This document shows, in pieces, positions 38,911 through 48,354 of a stretch of DNA of 64,000 nucleotides. The DNA lies in assembly GCA_965207065.1 (NCBI GenBank), contig OZ242260.1, positions 3,424,001-3,488,000 on the forward strand, given 5' to 3'. The notes under the pieces were generated by a model. That model saw only the letters and a program-made list of their open reading frames with translations, was not told where the DNA came from and did no database searches. The position numbers and the translations under genes are program-made. Numbering within the stretch: position 1 is the stretch's first letter; the number at the start of each line of letters is the position of its first letter. Origin of the DNA: a bacterium. GTDB lineage: Bacteria; UBA8248.

Positions 38911-39924
38911 ATGAAAAAGATGTGGATGGTATTGGTAGCGGCGTTCGTTCTCGCCGCAGCGATGTGGAGCGCGCCTGCGCAGTCCGTCGCCGCCGACAAG
39001 ATCGTGCTCGGCATGCCCGTGCGCCCGCCGGTGATGGTCCATCTGCCGGTGTTTTACGCGCTGGACAACGATATTTTCAAGAAACACGGCCTGGACGTCG
39101 AGATCAAATTCTTCCGGGGCGGCGTCGCCACGCACCGGGCGATAACGAGCAAGAAGAGCGGCCTGGACGCCGCCTGGGTGCCGGCCCCGATAGCGATGGT
39201 GGGGATCACCAAGGGCAGCGGCATGAAGTTCTTCCACTCCATGGCCTACCTGAACGAAGCGCAGATGGCCGGGAATGACCAGGTGAAAAAGCCGTCCGAC
39301 CTCAAGGGCAAGACCATCGGCATCGAGGGGCGCGGCGGATACAGCCACCTGGGCGCACTCGCCGTATTGTCGACCGCCGGTTTGACCGACAAGGACGTCA
39401 AATACATCAAGACCCCGCCGCCGGCGCGCGTTCCGTTTCTCTTGAAGGGCAAGGCCGACGCCGTGGTGATTCACGTCGAGCAGGTTCTCGTCGTCAAGAA
39501 GAGAAAACCCAGCTTCAACAATCTGATGGACTTGTGGAAAGCCATGCCGAACTTCTTCTACGGAGCGTTCATCGCGCCGTCCTCGAAGATCAACTCGAAC
39601 AAGGACGCCTACGTGCGCTTCGCCATGGCGATGATGCAGTCCAACCGCTCCATCTACAAGGACAAGGCGGGGTATCTCAAGTCGGCGAACAAATGGGTGC
39701 GCCCCGTTTACAAGAAAAACCCCGAGATCATGTCGAAGACGTATGACGTCTTCGTGGCGGAGAAGATCTGGGGCGTGAACAACGGCATTCCCAAGGCCTC
39801 GGTTGCCTTCACGGCGGACTACATGAAGCGCCTCGGGAAGATCAAGGGCAAGGTTCCCTCCTATGAGGACATCGTCGACACCAGCGTGACGAAGGCCGCG
39901 CTCGCCAAGGCCGGAAAAATTTAG
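38911..39924 (+). CDS. ABC substrate-binding protein (NMT1/SsuA-like)
   Basis: Signal peptide; FKKHGLDVE, DLKGKTIG, GKADA. Confidence 0.88.
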   Translation: MKKMWMVLVAAFVLAAAMWSAPAQSVAADKIVLGMPVRPPVMVHLPVFYALDNDIFKKHGLDVEIKFFRGGVATHRAITSKKSGLDAAWVPAPIAMVGITKGSGMKFFHSMAYLNEAQMAGNDQVKKPSDLKGKTIGIEGRGGYSHLGALAVLSTAGLTDKDVKYIKTPPPARVPFLLKGKADAVVIHVEQVLVVKKRKPSFNNLMDLWKAMPNFFYGAFIAPSSKINSNKDAYVRFAMAMMQSNRSIYKDKAGYLKSANKWVRPVYKKNPEIMSKTYDVFVAEKIWGVNNGIPKASVAFTADYMKRLGKIKGKVPSYEDIVDTSVTKAALAKAGKI

Positions 39925-39946
39925 ATTTTTGCTAAGTATGAATTCG

Positions 39947-39985
39947 GGCCGCCGCACTCATCGGGTGCGGCGGCCTTGTTCTTTT
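39947..39985 (+). terminator. Rho-independent terminator
   Basis: GGCCGCCGCACTC-ATC-GGGTGCGGCGGCC followed by TTGTTCTTTT. Confidence 0.8.
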
Positions 39986-40008
39986 GATACCGGAAAGGGA
40001 ATAGCAAC

Positions 40009-40761
40009 GTGAAAATTGTTCTGTATTCCGACATCCACGCCCAGCTTGCGCCTCTGGATGCCGTGCAGGAAGCCGTAGCAAAGGAAAACGCGGACCGCGA
40101 GATCGTCATCGGCGATCTGGTGATGCTCGGCCCCGAACCCGTCGAGGTGGTCGAGCGCTTCATGGGGCGCAAGGACGTGGACGTCCTCGCCGGAAACCTC
40201 GACTGGTGGGTGTCGAAGCGAAAAGACGAGACGGACCCGCCCAAGAACGAACACCACGTATGGCTCTACGAGATGGTGAAGAAGACGCGCGAGCGCCTCT
40301 CCACCGAGCAGGTCGACTATCTCGACGGCCTCATGTGGTCGATGACGATCACGCCCGAGAAGGGGCATGATTTCTTCATCTTCCACGCGACGCCGGACGA
40401 CATCGAAGACGCGATTCCCCTGAGGTTCACCGACGAGGAAGTAAAGGAGAAGATCAAGGGAACAGATGCGGAGATCATGGCCTTCGGGCACGTGCACGGC
40501 CCCTACGTCCGCGAGGTGGACGGGCAGACCCTGGTCTGCACCGCCGCGGTCGGGATGAACTGGGACGGCGACTACCGCCCCGCCTATTCGGTCGTGGAAT
40601 ACGAGGGCGACGGCAAGTGGAACGTCGAGACCAAGCGGGTGGCGTACGACTGTGAAGCGCAGGCGAAGAAAAACGAGAACGGCTGGATGCCTCACGGGGA
40701 GCGAATCGCCAAAATGGTGCGGACCGGAGAGTTCTGGAATCCCGCCCACATGCCGCATTAG
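40009..40761 (+). CDS. Calcineurin-like metallophosphoesterase
   Basis: SDIH, GDLV, GNLD, FH, GHVH. Confidence 0.85.
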   Translation: MKIVLYSDIHAQLAPLDAVQEAVAKENADREIVIGDLVMLGPEPVEVVERFMGRKDVDVLAGNLDWWVSKRKDETDPPKNEHHVWLYEMVKKTRERLSTEQVDYLDGLMWSMTITPEKGHDFFIFHATPDDIEDAIPLRFTDEEVKEKIKGTDAEIMAFGHVHGPYVREVDGQTLVCTAAVGMNWDGDYRPAYSVVEYEGDGKWNVETKRVAYDCEAQAKKNENGWMPHGERIAKMVRTGEFWNPAHMPH

Positions 40762-40768
40762 GCGCGTC

Positions 40769-41518
40769 ATGCCCGTAACCGTTGATGGCGCGAAGCCGAA
40801 GGCGTGGGAGGAGCAGGTAAAATCCTTCGTCAGAAAGCGCTACGCCCATCTGGCCGAGGCGCATGCGTTTCCAGAGGGTGGCGCGGACAGGGCGCGGGGA
40901 GCGGGCTATCCCGCCTGCTTCATCGACGGACTACCCGAGCGGGTTTCGGGCTCTTATTGCGGTTGCGGGTACCTGCTCGATGGAGTCGAACTCACAGGCG
41001 TGCGTACGGCCGTCGAATTGGGATGCGGCGCAGGACTGGACGCGCGCCTCGTGAGCGAGAGACTCGATGCCGGCGCCAGATTGTTCGCCGTGGATTTCGC
41101 GACCCAGATGCTTCATCGGACGCGCGAGGCGTTCGTGGGAGTCCGTAGAGACGCGTGCGTGCATCTGCTGGCCGGGGACATGGAGAGCCTTCCACTCGCG
41201 GACGGCGTCGCCGACATTGTGCTGGCCAATGCCTCGTTCAACCTCACGGTGGACAAGAAAAAGGCGCTCGCCGAGGCGTACAGGATATTGAAGCCGGGCG
41301 GGCGTCTCATTGTCCGTGAACTGATACGCGAGGGTGCTTTGCCAGATGAAATCGCCCAGGACCCTCAGGCGTGGAACGCCTCGCTCGGCGGTGTTTGCGA
41401 GCAGGCTGAATGGGAATCATTGCTGGCGGGCGCCGGGTTTTGTGAAATTGAGATTTCCGGCCACGCTCCGTTTCGTCCGGTGGTTTCGGTTCGCATACAT
41501 GCCCGCAAGGATGATTGA
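40769..41518 (+). CDS. Class I SAM methyltransferase (ArsM-like)
   Basis: CGCG, ELGCGAGLD, GDMESLP, EAYRILKPGG. Confidence 0.8.
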   Translation: MPVTVDGAKPKAWEEQVKSFVRKRYAHLAEAHAFPEGGADRARGAGYPACFIDGLPERVSGSYCGCGYLLDGVELTGVRTAVELGCGAGLDARLVSERLDAGARLFAVDFATQMLHRTREAFVGVRRDACVHLLAGDMESLPLADGVADIVLANASFNLTVDKKKALAEAYRILKPGGRLIVRELIREGALPDEIAQDPQAWNASLGGVCEQAEWESLLAGAGFCEIEISGHAPFRPVVSVRIHARKDD

Positions 41519-41529
41519 GGAGAAGGAAA

Positions 41530-42615
41530 TTGAGTGAGTCTTCCGCCGATGCCCTCACGCAAGAAGCCCTCTCGCACTGGTACGTCCGCCTCCTGGCGAA
41601 CGGCGTCTCCTACTTCGACGCTTCGGAAGTGATACCCAGGGTAAGTTCCTGGCACGAGTGGTGCCGTCTCTGGATGGAGCGCGCGGCGGTTCGAGAACGC
41701 GAAGCCCGCGAGATGGAGGAAGCGGGCAGAAAGCTGAGCGCCGCCGAAGCCCACGTGCGGGCCTCTCTCGCCTACCATTTCGCCCAGTTCGTCTACCACG
41801 AGGACCTGGAGTTAAAGGCCGAGGCGCAAAAGAAAAAGGTGGCGGCCTACATGCGCGCCGCACCGCATCTGGACCCGCCTGCCGAGCGGGTGGAAATCCC
41901 CTGGCCGGGCGGGAGAGTTCTACCGGGCATCCTGCGGATTCCCGAGGGGGCGAAAGGGGAGGGCGGAGCACCTTGCGTCGTCCTAGTCGCCGGCCTCGAT
42001 TCCACGAAAGAGGAATTTTATACGCTCGAAGAAGTTCTCCACAGCCGGGGGATGGGGACTTTCGCCTTCGACGGCCCGGCGCAAGGGGAAAACGCCGACA
42101 TACAGATATACCCCGATTTCGAGCGCGTGATCTCGGTCGTCATGGATCATCTGGTGGAAGATGCGCGCCTGGATTCATCCCGCATCGGCGCCCTGGGGGT
42201 GAGCCTGGGCGGCTACTACGCGCCACGCAGCCTCGCCCTGGAACCACGCCTCAAGGCAGGAGTCGGCGTATGCGGACCATACGACATGGGGGAGATTTGG
42301 GAGGGTTTGCCCGCGCTGACGCGCCAGGGGGTATGCGTCTCCTTTCAGACTGACGATCAAGAGCAGGGCGCGCTCAAGTCGCAGGAGATTTCCCTGCGCG
42401 GTTGTCTGAGCGGGCTGGATCGCCCCTTGCTGATCATTCACGGCGGAAAAGACAGGCTGTGCCCCCTCACACAGGCCCACAAGATAGCGGCGGAGGCGGG
42501 CGATGCGTGCGAACTCGTGGTGTACGAGAAAGGCGTCCACGTATGCAACAACATTCCTTTCTTGTGGCGGCCTCTCGCGGCGGACTGGCTTGCGGAGAAA
42601 CTGGAGGTGGGTTGA
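41530..42615 (+). CDS. Alpha/beta hydrolase (2,6-dihydroxypseudooxynicotine hydrolase-like)
   Basis: GLDSTKEE, FDGPAQGE, GVSLGG, HVCNN. Confidence 0.8.
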   Translation: MSESSADALTQEALSHWYVRLLANGVSYFDASEVIPRVSSWHEWCRLWMERAAVREREAREMEEAGRKLSAAEAHVRASLAYHFAQFVYHEDLELKAEAQKKKVAAYMRAAPHLDPPAERVEIPWPGGRVLPGILRIPEGAKGEGGAPCVVLVAGLDSTKEEFYTLEEVLHSRGMGTFAFDGPAQGENADIQIYPDFERVISVVMDHLVEDARLDSSRIGALGVSLGGYYAPRSLALEPRLKAGVGVCGPYDMGEIWEGLPALTRQGVCVSFQTDDQEQGALKSQEISLRGCLSGLDRPLLIIHGGKDRLCPLTQAHKIAAEAGDACELVVYEKGVHVCNNIPFLWRPLAADWLAEKLEVG

Positions 42616-42693
42616 GCGGGAAAGATAAGACAGAAATGTCGTACGACTCTTGACTCTCGATGCCAGTCGGGTAAACTTTTTGAGTTGTTTTTT

Positions 42694-42768
42694 GCGGGAA
42701 TAGCTCAGTGGTAGAGCACAACGTTGCCAACGTTGGGGTCGCGGGTTCAAATCCCGTTTCCCGCTCCA
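42694..42768 (+). tRNA. tRNA-Gly(GCC)
   Basis: GCGGGAA/TTCCCGC acceptor stem, CAACG-TTGCCAA-CGTTG anticodon arm, GGTTCAAATCC T-arm, encoded CCA. Confidence 0.97.
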
Positions 42769-42782
42769 TTTACCTATGACAA

Positions 42783-42811
42783 AGCGGGGATCGCCGAATG
42801 CGGTCCCCGCT
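42783..42811. terminator. Probable bidirectional terminator
   Basis: AGCGGGGATCGC-CGAAT-GCGGTCCCCGCT between the convergent tRNA and NIPSNAP genes. Confidence 0.65.
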
Positions 42812-43439
42812 ATTTCATGGGCGAATAATCCACCGGATACCAGATTTCAGAAGTCTCGCTCCTGAGATATGGTTTATAACCCTCATTCCAGGCGGGGAGA
42901 TTTTCCACCTCCTTTTGCACTTCGGCCCAGTGGTTCAGGTCCCGGTAGGGCCAGATGTGCAGAAACTCGTTCAGGATGCCGGTTTCGAACTCGCCCGCCG
43001 GGTTGGCGAACGCCGCCGCCAGGGGCGAGAGGCGCTCCCTTTCTGGCAGGTTCTTCTCCCACGCCGCGCTGATGTCCCTCATCTTTCCCGTGATAATCAC
43101 GTCGCTCCTGATCTCGTATACGCTCCCCATCTCGCCCGCCCTTGGTTTGGGACAAAACGGAGCGGCCCGCATGATGCGCGTCTGCTGGTAGAGGATTTTG
43201 TCCACCTTGAGCGGAGGCCACCAGGACTGGGCGAGGGCTTCGGCGCGAGCCGCCTCCCGGTGGGCGGAGTTTTCATACTCCCAGATATGCAAAATCCTGT
43301 TCAACCCCCCGATGGCGGAGATGAAAAAACCGATGAGTGGGGATATGGCGGTTCTTTTTTCAATGATCCTGCCGAAATCCTCCACGCCTTCCGAGGCGAA
43401 ACCCGAGGGGAACGTGTAAGCGCGAACTTCATAGATCAT
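42810..43439 (-). CDS. NIPSNAP-family protein (two domains)
   Basis: Repeated YE.R and G.LN...HIW.Y motifs; C-terminal YSPMK. Confidence 0.85.
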   Translation of the reverse strand: MIYEVRAYTFPSGFASEGVEDFGRIIEKRTAISPLIGFFISAIGGLNRILHIWEYENSAHREAARAEALAQSWWPPLKVDKILYQQTRIMRAAPFCPKPRAGEMGSVYEIRSDVIITGKMRDISAAWEKNLPERERLSPLAAAFANPAGEFETGILNEFLHIWPYRDLNHWAEVQKEVENLPAWNEGYKPYLRSETSEIWYPVDYSPMK

Positions 43440-43637
43440 GGATGAATAAGCTCCAGGTTCTGGACGCGGACAGCGCTGCCAAATGAATGTCGGCAGGAGG
43501 CCTCGCATCATGAGATAGCGAAATGTGGGAATCCAATATACTTGACGCGCATCATTCCGTGAAGCATGTTGTTGCGTTGTATACACAAGCTTGGGATGTC
43601 TCTAAAACCCTGCAAGCGCTCAAGAGAGAGATGCCTG

Positions 43638-44063
43638 GTGAGCGACGATACTCCGCGATGGCGATACCGATTCGAAAACTACAGGCGCGCTTTTTCCCTG
43701 CTGCGCGAGGCCATCGAAATGATGGACGAAAGGGAACCAAGCCAGCTTGAAAAGGAAGGGATCATTCAGCGGTTCGAATATACCACCGAACTTGCCTGGA
43801 ACCTCATGAAGGATTATCTGGAGAGCGAAAACATCATCTTTGAGCAAGTGACTCCGAGAACCGTCATCCGCAAGGCCTTCGAGGCGAATTTACTGGAGGA
43901 TGGGCAGACGTGGATGGACGTTCTGGATGCGCGCAACAAAATGTCGCACAACTACGATCTGAAAATTTTCGAAACTGTCATCGAAGAGGTCCGGAAACAC
44001 TACCTTCGTGTATTCGACACTCTGCACTCAAAATTCCTCGAAAAAAGCGGGGGAAAGCCATGA
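43638..44063 (+). CDS. HEPN toxin (HI0074 nucleotidyltransferase substrate-binding family)
   Basis: GIIQRFEYTTELAW, RNKMSHNY (RX4HXY). Confidence 0.88.
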   Translation: MSDDTPRWRYRFENYRRAFSLLREAIEMMDEREPSQLEKEGIIQRFEYTTELAWNLMKDYLESENIIFEQVTPRTVIRKAFEANLLEDGQTWMDVLDARNKMSHNYDLKIFETVIEEVRKHYLRVFDTLHSKFLEKSGGKP

Positions 44064-44407
44064 ATCACGGACTCTCTTACCGCCAACTCACGGTTTTGAA
44101 ACAAATTCTCTCGCTCTATGCCGAAGAAATTGACTCGGTCGATCTGTTCGGTTCACGGGCTACGGGCGACTATCGCCCCAATTCGGACATCGATCTGGTT
44201 GTGCGAGGCACCATCAAGGAAAAGCAGATCGATAGGCTCTGGACCATGTTCCACGAGAGCAATTTGCCATTCAGTGTGGATGTGAAGAGTTACGAACTAA
44301 CAACCTATCCGCCGCTCAAGGCGCACATGGACAAGGTCTGCAAGCACCTATTCACCCAGGAGGACTTGAAATCTGTGACTCGTAAGTCTGAGACATCGGG
44401 GGTGTAA
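44060..44407 (+). CDS. Minimal nucleotidyltransferase (MNT) antitoxin
   Basis: LFGSRATGDYRPNSDIDL (GSX10DXD); ATGA overlap with the HEPN gene. Confidence 0.88.
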   Translation: MNHGLSYRQLTVLKQILSLYAEEIDSVDLFGSRATGDYRPNSDIDLVVRGTIKEKQIDRLWTMFHESNLPFSVDVKSYELTTYPPLKAHMDKVCKHLFTQEDLKSVTRKSETSGV

Positions 44408-44478
44408 GGAGAGGCGACACAGACGACCTTCGAATTCTTTTCATTCGTCAATCATTCATCAGTAAACGGAGGCTGAGC

Positions 44479-45198
44479 ATGGACAGGGCGGTATGGGCGA
44501 TCATCTACGATTTGCCCGAGGAGGGGCGGGATGAGTACATGGATTGGTTTCACGGCGTACACATTCCCGAAAAACTTGCTCGTCCGGGCTATACCTGGGC
44601 TGCGCACTATGAGGTGAAACACCCCGGAGAGAAGTTCGAGAAGATTGCGGCGCGCCTGAACCGCACCGACGATCCAGAACTTGCGTCGGGCGCGGGGTTC
44701 ATCGCGCTCTTCGGCGGGGAATCCACCCGCGTTTTCTACGACCCCAGCCCTGCGCAGCTAAAAGAGCGCCAGAACGAAGAGACCCGCGCGATGACGGGGA
44801 TGCAGATCCAGGCTAAAGGGCTCATTCTCTGCGAGGAATGGCGGGTGGAAGGCCCGGACGCAGGGAAGAGGGAAGCCCCCGACGTCATGGCGCCCGCCAT
44901 CCAGATGGGCCGCTACGATGCGCAGGGCAACGATGAGGACCTCCAGGCATGGTACGCCCAGGAGCGCATGGCGCGGGTCGCGGACACGCCGGGCTGCATC
45001 GGCGCGAGAAAATACCTGGTGGCGACGGCCTGGCCCAAGCATTCCGTTTTGTATGAGTACACATCTTTAGAGGCGCGGGAGGCGAACTACATCGCGCTCG
45101 AAGAGACGGAAGGGACGAAGCGCGTGCACGGGTATCTGATCCATCCGCCCGGCTCTCCGCTGGCGGCAAGCCGCATCTGGCCGCCGCAGAACGCCTGA
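44479..45198 (+). CDS. Hypothetical protein with two EthD/dimeric alpha-beta-barrel-like domains
   Basis: Repeated W[FY]..[HR]......PG motif. Confidence 0.6.
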   Translation: MDRAVWAIIYDLPEEGRDEYMDWFHGVHIPEKLARPGYTWAAHYEVKHPGEKFEKIAARLNRTDDPELASGAGFIALFGGESTRVFYDPSPAQLKERQNEETRAMTGMQIQAKGLILCEEWRVEGPDAGKREAPDVMAPAIQMGRYDAQGNDEDLQAWYAQERMARVADTPGCIGARKYLVATAWPKHSVLYEYTSLEAREANYIALEETEGTKRVHGYLIHPPGSPLAASRIWPPQNA

Positions 45199-45252
45199 TA
45201 CGTGACTCATCGGTAATCCACACGCCATGAACCTCTCGGGAGGCAAGGTACC

Positions 45253-46290
45253 TTGAAATTTCATTTGGCCATCAACATGGAACGCATGACACCCGAGCAG
45301 GACATGACCGATGTCGAGCGCCATACGCTGGAGATGGTGCAGATGGCCGACGAGGGTGGCTTCGCAATCGCATGGGCCGCCGAGCACCATGCGCTGGAGA
45401 TGACCATCGCGCCCAATCCATTCCAGATACTGACCTGGTGGGCCGCCCATACGTCCCGCATCCGGCTCGGCTCGGCGGTGGTCGTGGCGGCGTACTGGCA
45501 TCCGCTCAAGGCCGCGGGCGAGGCTGCGCTGCTGGACCTGTACAGCGGCGGGCGCCTCGAGTTCGGCATCGGCTCCGGCGCCTACCAGCGCGAGTTCGAC
45601 CGCATGCATCCCGGCCTGCAGCGCAACGATGGATTCCGGTACATGTTCGAGATGCTGCCGGTGGTGAAGGCGTTATGGCGGGGCGACTGCGAGCACGAGG
45701 GCGAATTCTGGTCCTTTCCGGCAGCGACATCCGTGCCGAAGCCGTTGCAGAAGCCCCATCCCCCGCTCTGGATCGCGGCGCGTTCGCCAGACTCCTACGA
45801 CTTCGCAGTGAAGCACGAGTGCAACATCCTCTCCTGGCCCCTGACCCGCCCGATGTCGGAAGTCGAGCTCTACAAGGGGCGTCTGGAGACTGCGCTCGCT
45901 GACAACCCCGGCAAACCGCGGCCGATATTCGCCACCATGCGTCACACGGTGGTATACGACCGCAAAGAGGACTGGGAGACGCCGGTGAAGGCCGCGATAC
46001 GCCAGTTCGGCCAGTTCGAGAACCTGTTCAAGAACCTAGGAGACGTCGCCGACGGTTTTCCCCGGGCGGTCGAACTCTCGGAGTTGGAGAACCGGGACGA
46101 GTATGACCCGAAGATGCTTCACAACAACCTGCTGTTCGGCACCCCGGAAGAGGTGACCGGGAAGCTCAGGGCCTACGAGGCGCTCGGCGTCGACCATTTC
46201 ACCTACTACGCGAGCCTGGGTCTCGGGATGAAGGAGCAGAAGAGGTCGCTGGAACTGTTTATCAAGGAAGTGATGCCGGCGTTCGCGTGA
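45253..46290 (+). CDS. LLM-class flavin-dependent monooxygenase
   Basis: WAAEHH, GRLEFGIGSG, PKPLQKPHPP. Confidence 0.88.
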   Translation: MKFHLAINMERMTPEQDMTDVERHTLEMVQMADEGGFAIAWAAEHHALEMTIAPNPFQILTWWAAHTSRIRLGSAVVVAAYWHPLKAAGEAALLDLYSGGRLEFGIGSGAYQREFDRMHPGLQRNDGFRYMFEMLPVVKALWRGDCEHEGEFWSFPAATSVPKPLQKPHPPLWIAARSPDSYDFAVKHECNILSWPLTRPMSEVELYKGRLETALADNPGKPRPIFATMRHTVVYDRKEDWETPVKAAIRQFGQFENLFKNLGDVADGFPRAVELSELENRDEYDPKMLHNNLLFGTPEEVTGKLRAYEALGVDHFTYYASLGLGMKEQKRSLELFIKEVMPAFA

Positions 46291-46327
46291 TGAAACATAT
46301 ATATGCCTTCGCCCATGGACTGCACGC

Positions 46328-47128
46328 GTGAATCGCAGGGGCGGGGCGGGCGAATCAACCTGGGAGCTGCACGGAAGCGGGCCTGCGGTCGCACTGGTTC
46401 ACGGCTTCGGCCTGAACCGCGCGATGTGGCAGTGGCAGCTCCCGGCGCTCACGCCGCATTTCAGCGTGCTGACCTACGATCTGCTCGGACACGGAGAGAG
46501 CGCGGATCCATCGGGCACGCCTGACCTCGCCATGTTCTCCGGGCAACTGCTCCGAATCATGGACCGATGCGGGGTCGAGCGCGCTGCAGTGGCCGGCTTC
46601 TCGCTCGGCGGCATGATAGCGCGCCGATTCGCGCTGGATCATCCGGACCGGCTCTCTGCGCTCGCGATACTGCACTCGCCCCACGACCGCAGCCCGGCCG
46701 AACGCGACGCCGTTCGTGAGCGTGTGCGTCAGACACAGGTACAAGGACCTTCGGCGAACGTGGACTCCGCCCTCGAACGCTGGTTCACGCCGGCGTGCCG
46801 CACCCAGGCGCCGGAACTGATCGACCAGGTCCGCAGGTGGATCACGCGCAACGACCCGAAAGTCTATTCACGGATTTACCGGGTTCTCGCCGAGGGCGAC
46901 TCCGAGATCCTCCAGGGTCTTGAACGGATCGCCTGTCCGACGCTTGTGATGGCCGGTGAGGACGACCCGGGGAACACGCCCGCCATGGCGAGGGCCATGG
47001 CAGAGCTCATTCCCGGCGCCCGTCTCGTCGTATTGCCCGGACTCAGGCATATGGCGCTCGCCGAATCGCCGCCGGCGGTCAACGAGCCGCTGTGCGCGTT
47101 CCTCAAGGACGCGCTCGGGACGGTCTGA
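46328..47128 (+). CDS. Alpha/beta hydrolase (PcaD-like)
   Basis: HGFG, DLLGHGES, GFSLGG, GEDD, H motifs. Confidence 0.85.
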   Translation: MNRRGGAGESTWELHGSGPAVALVHGFGLNRAMWQWQLPALTPHFSVLTYDLLGHGESADPSGTPDLAMFSGQLLRIMDRCGVERAAVAGFSLGGMIARRFALDHPDRLSALAILHSPHDRSPAERDAVRERVRQTQVQGPSANVDSALERWFTPACRTQAPELIDQVRRWITRNDPKVYSRIYRVLAEGDSEILQGLERIACPTLVMAGEDDPGNTPAMARAMAELIPGARLVVLPGLRHMALAESPPAVNEPLCAFLKDALGTV

Positions 47129-47260
47129 CTGTGAAACCGAATGGACGCTCGTTATCGAGAGAGATTATGTGTTAATTGAGCGGTGGCGCCCATTACCATA
47201 CAGCTTCTCTCCCCGCTTTGCGCTATAATCCTCAGAATTCCATGGTTCGAGGGATGGCGA

Positions 47261-48106
47261 ATGACAAAAAAATCAATCGGCATTTGGATACTCGTTCTCG
47301 TCTTCGCAGCGGCGGTTTTTGCAGAAACGGCCGGCTCCGCTTCCGCACCGAAGATGGGAAAGGGCAAGTACGCAGGGATGGTGCTCATTCCCGCAGGTCC
47401 CTTCACGATGGGGAGAAACGACGGCCCCGATGAGGAAAAACCCGCGCATCGCGTGTTTCTCCCCGCCTATTACATCGACCAAAACCTGGTGACCTGGGCG
47501 GATTACCTGCCCTTCATTCAGGAGAAAGGCCCGGCAGGGCCGCAGGGGGAGATGTATCTGGACACCGACGACCCCGACGCCAAGATCGTTCCCCAAGGCG
47601 ACACATGGGTCGTCGAGAAGGGTTTCGATAAATTCCCGGCGAGCGAAATGGCCTGGGGCGGGGCCCTGGCCTACTGCCGCTGGAAGAGGAAGCGGCTGCC
47701 CACCGAGGCGCAATGGGAAAAGGCGGCGCGCGGAGGCGATGGCCGACTCTATCCGTGGGGGAACCAGAAACCGTCTCCTGAATACCTGCTGTTAGGGGAT
47801 TTCAGGGGCCAGACGGCGGTCGTGGGCAGTTATCCAAAAGGCGCCAGCCCATACGGGGTGAACGACATGGCGGGGCAGGTGTGGGAGTGGTCGGCCTCGC
47901 TGGCGATGAACTATCCCTACAAACCCAAGGACGGGCGCGAGAACCTGAGCGCGGTGGATGCGCGCGTCGTGCGGGGCGGCAATTCCGCGAGCCTGCCCGA
48001 TGGCATGACGGCCACGAACCGGGAAGTCGTGATGCCCGGCAGGCAGGCGACGGGGCACGGCTACATCGGCTTCCGATGCGCCGCCCAGCCGCCTCATTCG
48101 ACTTGA
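47261..48106 (+). CDS. Secreted FGE-sulfatase (SUMF1/EgtB/PvdO) domain protein
   Basis: Signal peptide; FTMG, RLPTEAQWEKAARG, YPWG, DMAGQVWEW, GFRCA. Confidence 0.85.
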   Translation: MTKKSIGIWILVLVFAAAVFAETAGSASAPKMGKGKYAGMVLIPAGPFTMGRNDGPDEEKPAHRVFLPAYYIDQNLVTWADYLPFIQEKGPAGPQGEMYLDTDDPDAKIVPQGDTWVVEKGFDKFPASEMAWGGALAYCRWKRKRLPTEAQWEKAARGGDGRLYPWGNQKPSPEYLLLGDFRGQTAVVGSYPKGASPYGVNDMAGQVWEWSASLAMNYPYKPKDGRENLSAVDARVVRGGNSASLPDGMTATNREVVMPGRQATGHGYIGFRCAAQPPHST

Positions 48107-48354
48107 TGGGAAAGTAATAATGAGCAATAAATCTCCTGATATCTGATTCCAATATCCTGTTCGGGCGGACGCCGCAATCGCGCCTCTGGTGTGAAGAGTC
48201 TCATCATCTGGGCGGCGTCAGTGCGCCATATCAATCAGTCATTGATTTCATTCAAGATTGCCTGCCTTGAATTTTTCTTGACTCCTCAACGCAAGATTAG
48301 AGAAGATTAGCGTACGCCACGGAAGACTAAATGATTCAGATGAGGGGAACTGAC

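Noticed and set aside
38494-39957. Long antisense ORFs (also 13909-15087, 23617-24876, 58167-59447, 53732-54844 and others)
   Set aside because: Shadow ORFs opposite well-supported genes, expected in GC-rich DNA; no motifs.
47261-48106. True formylglycine-generating enzyme
   Set aside because: It lacks the catalytic CxxxxC after RGGS; only the fold family is supported.
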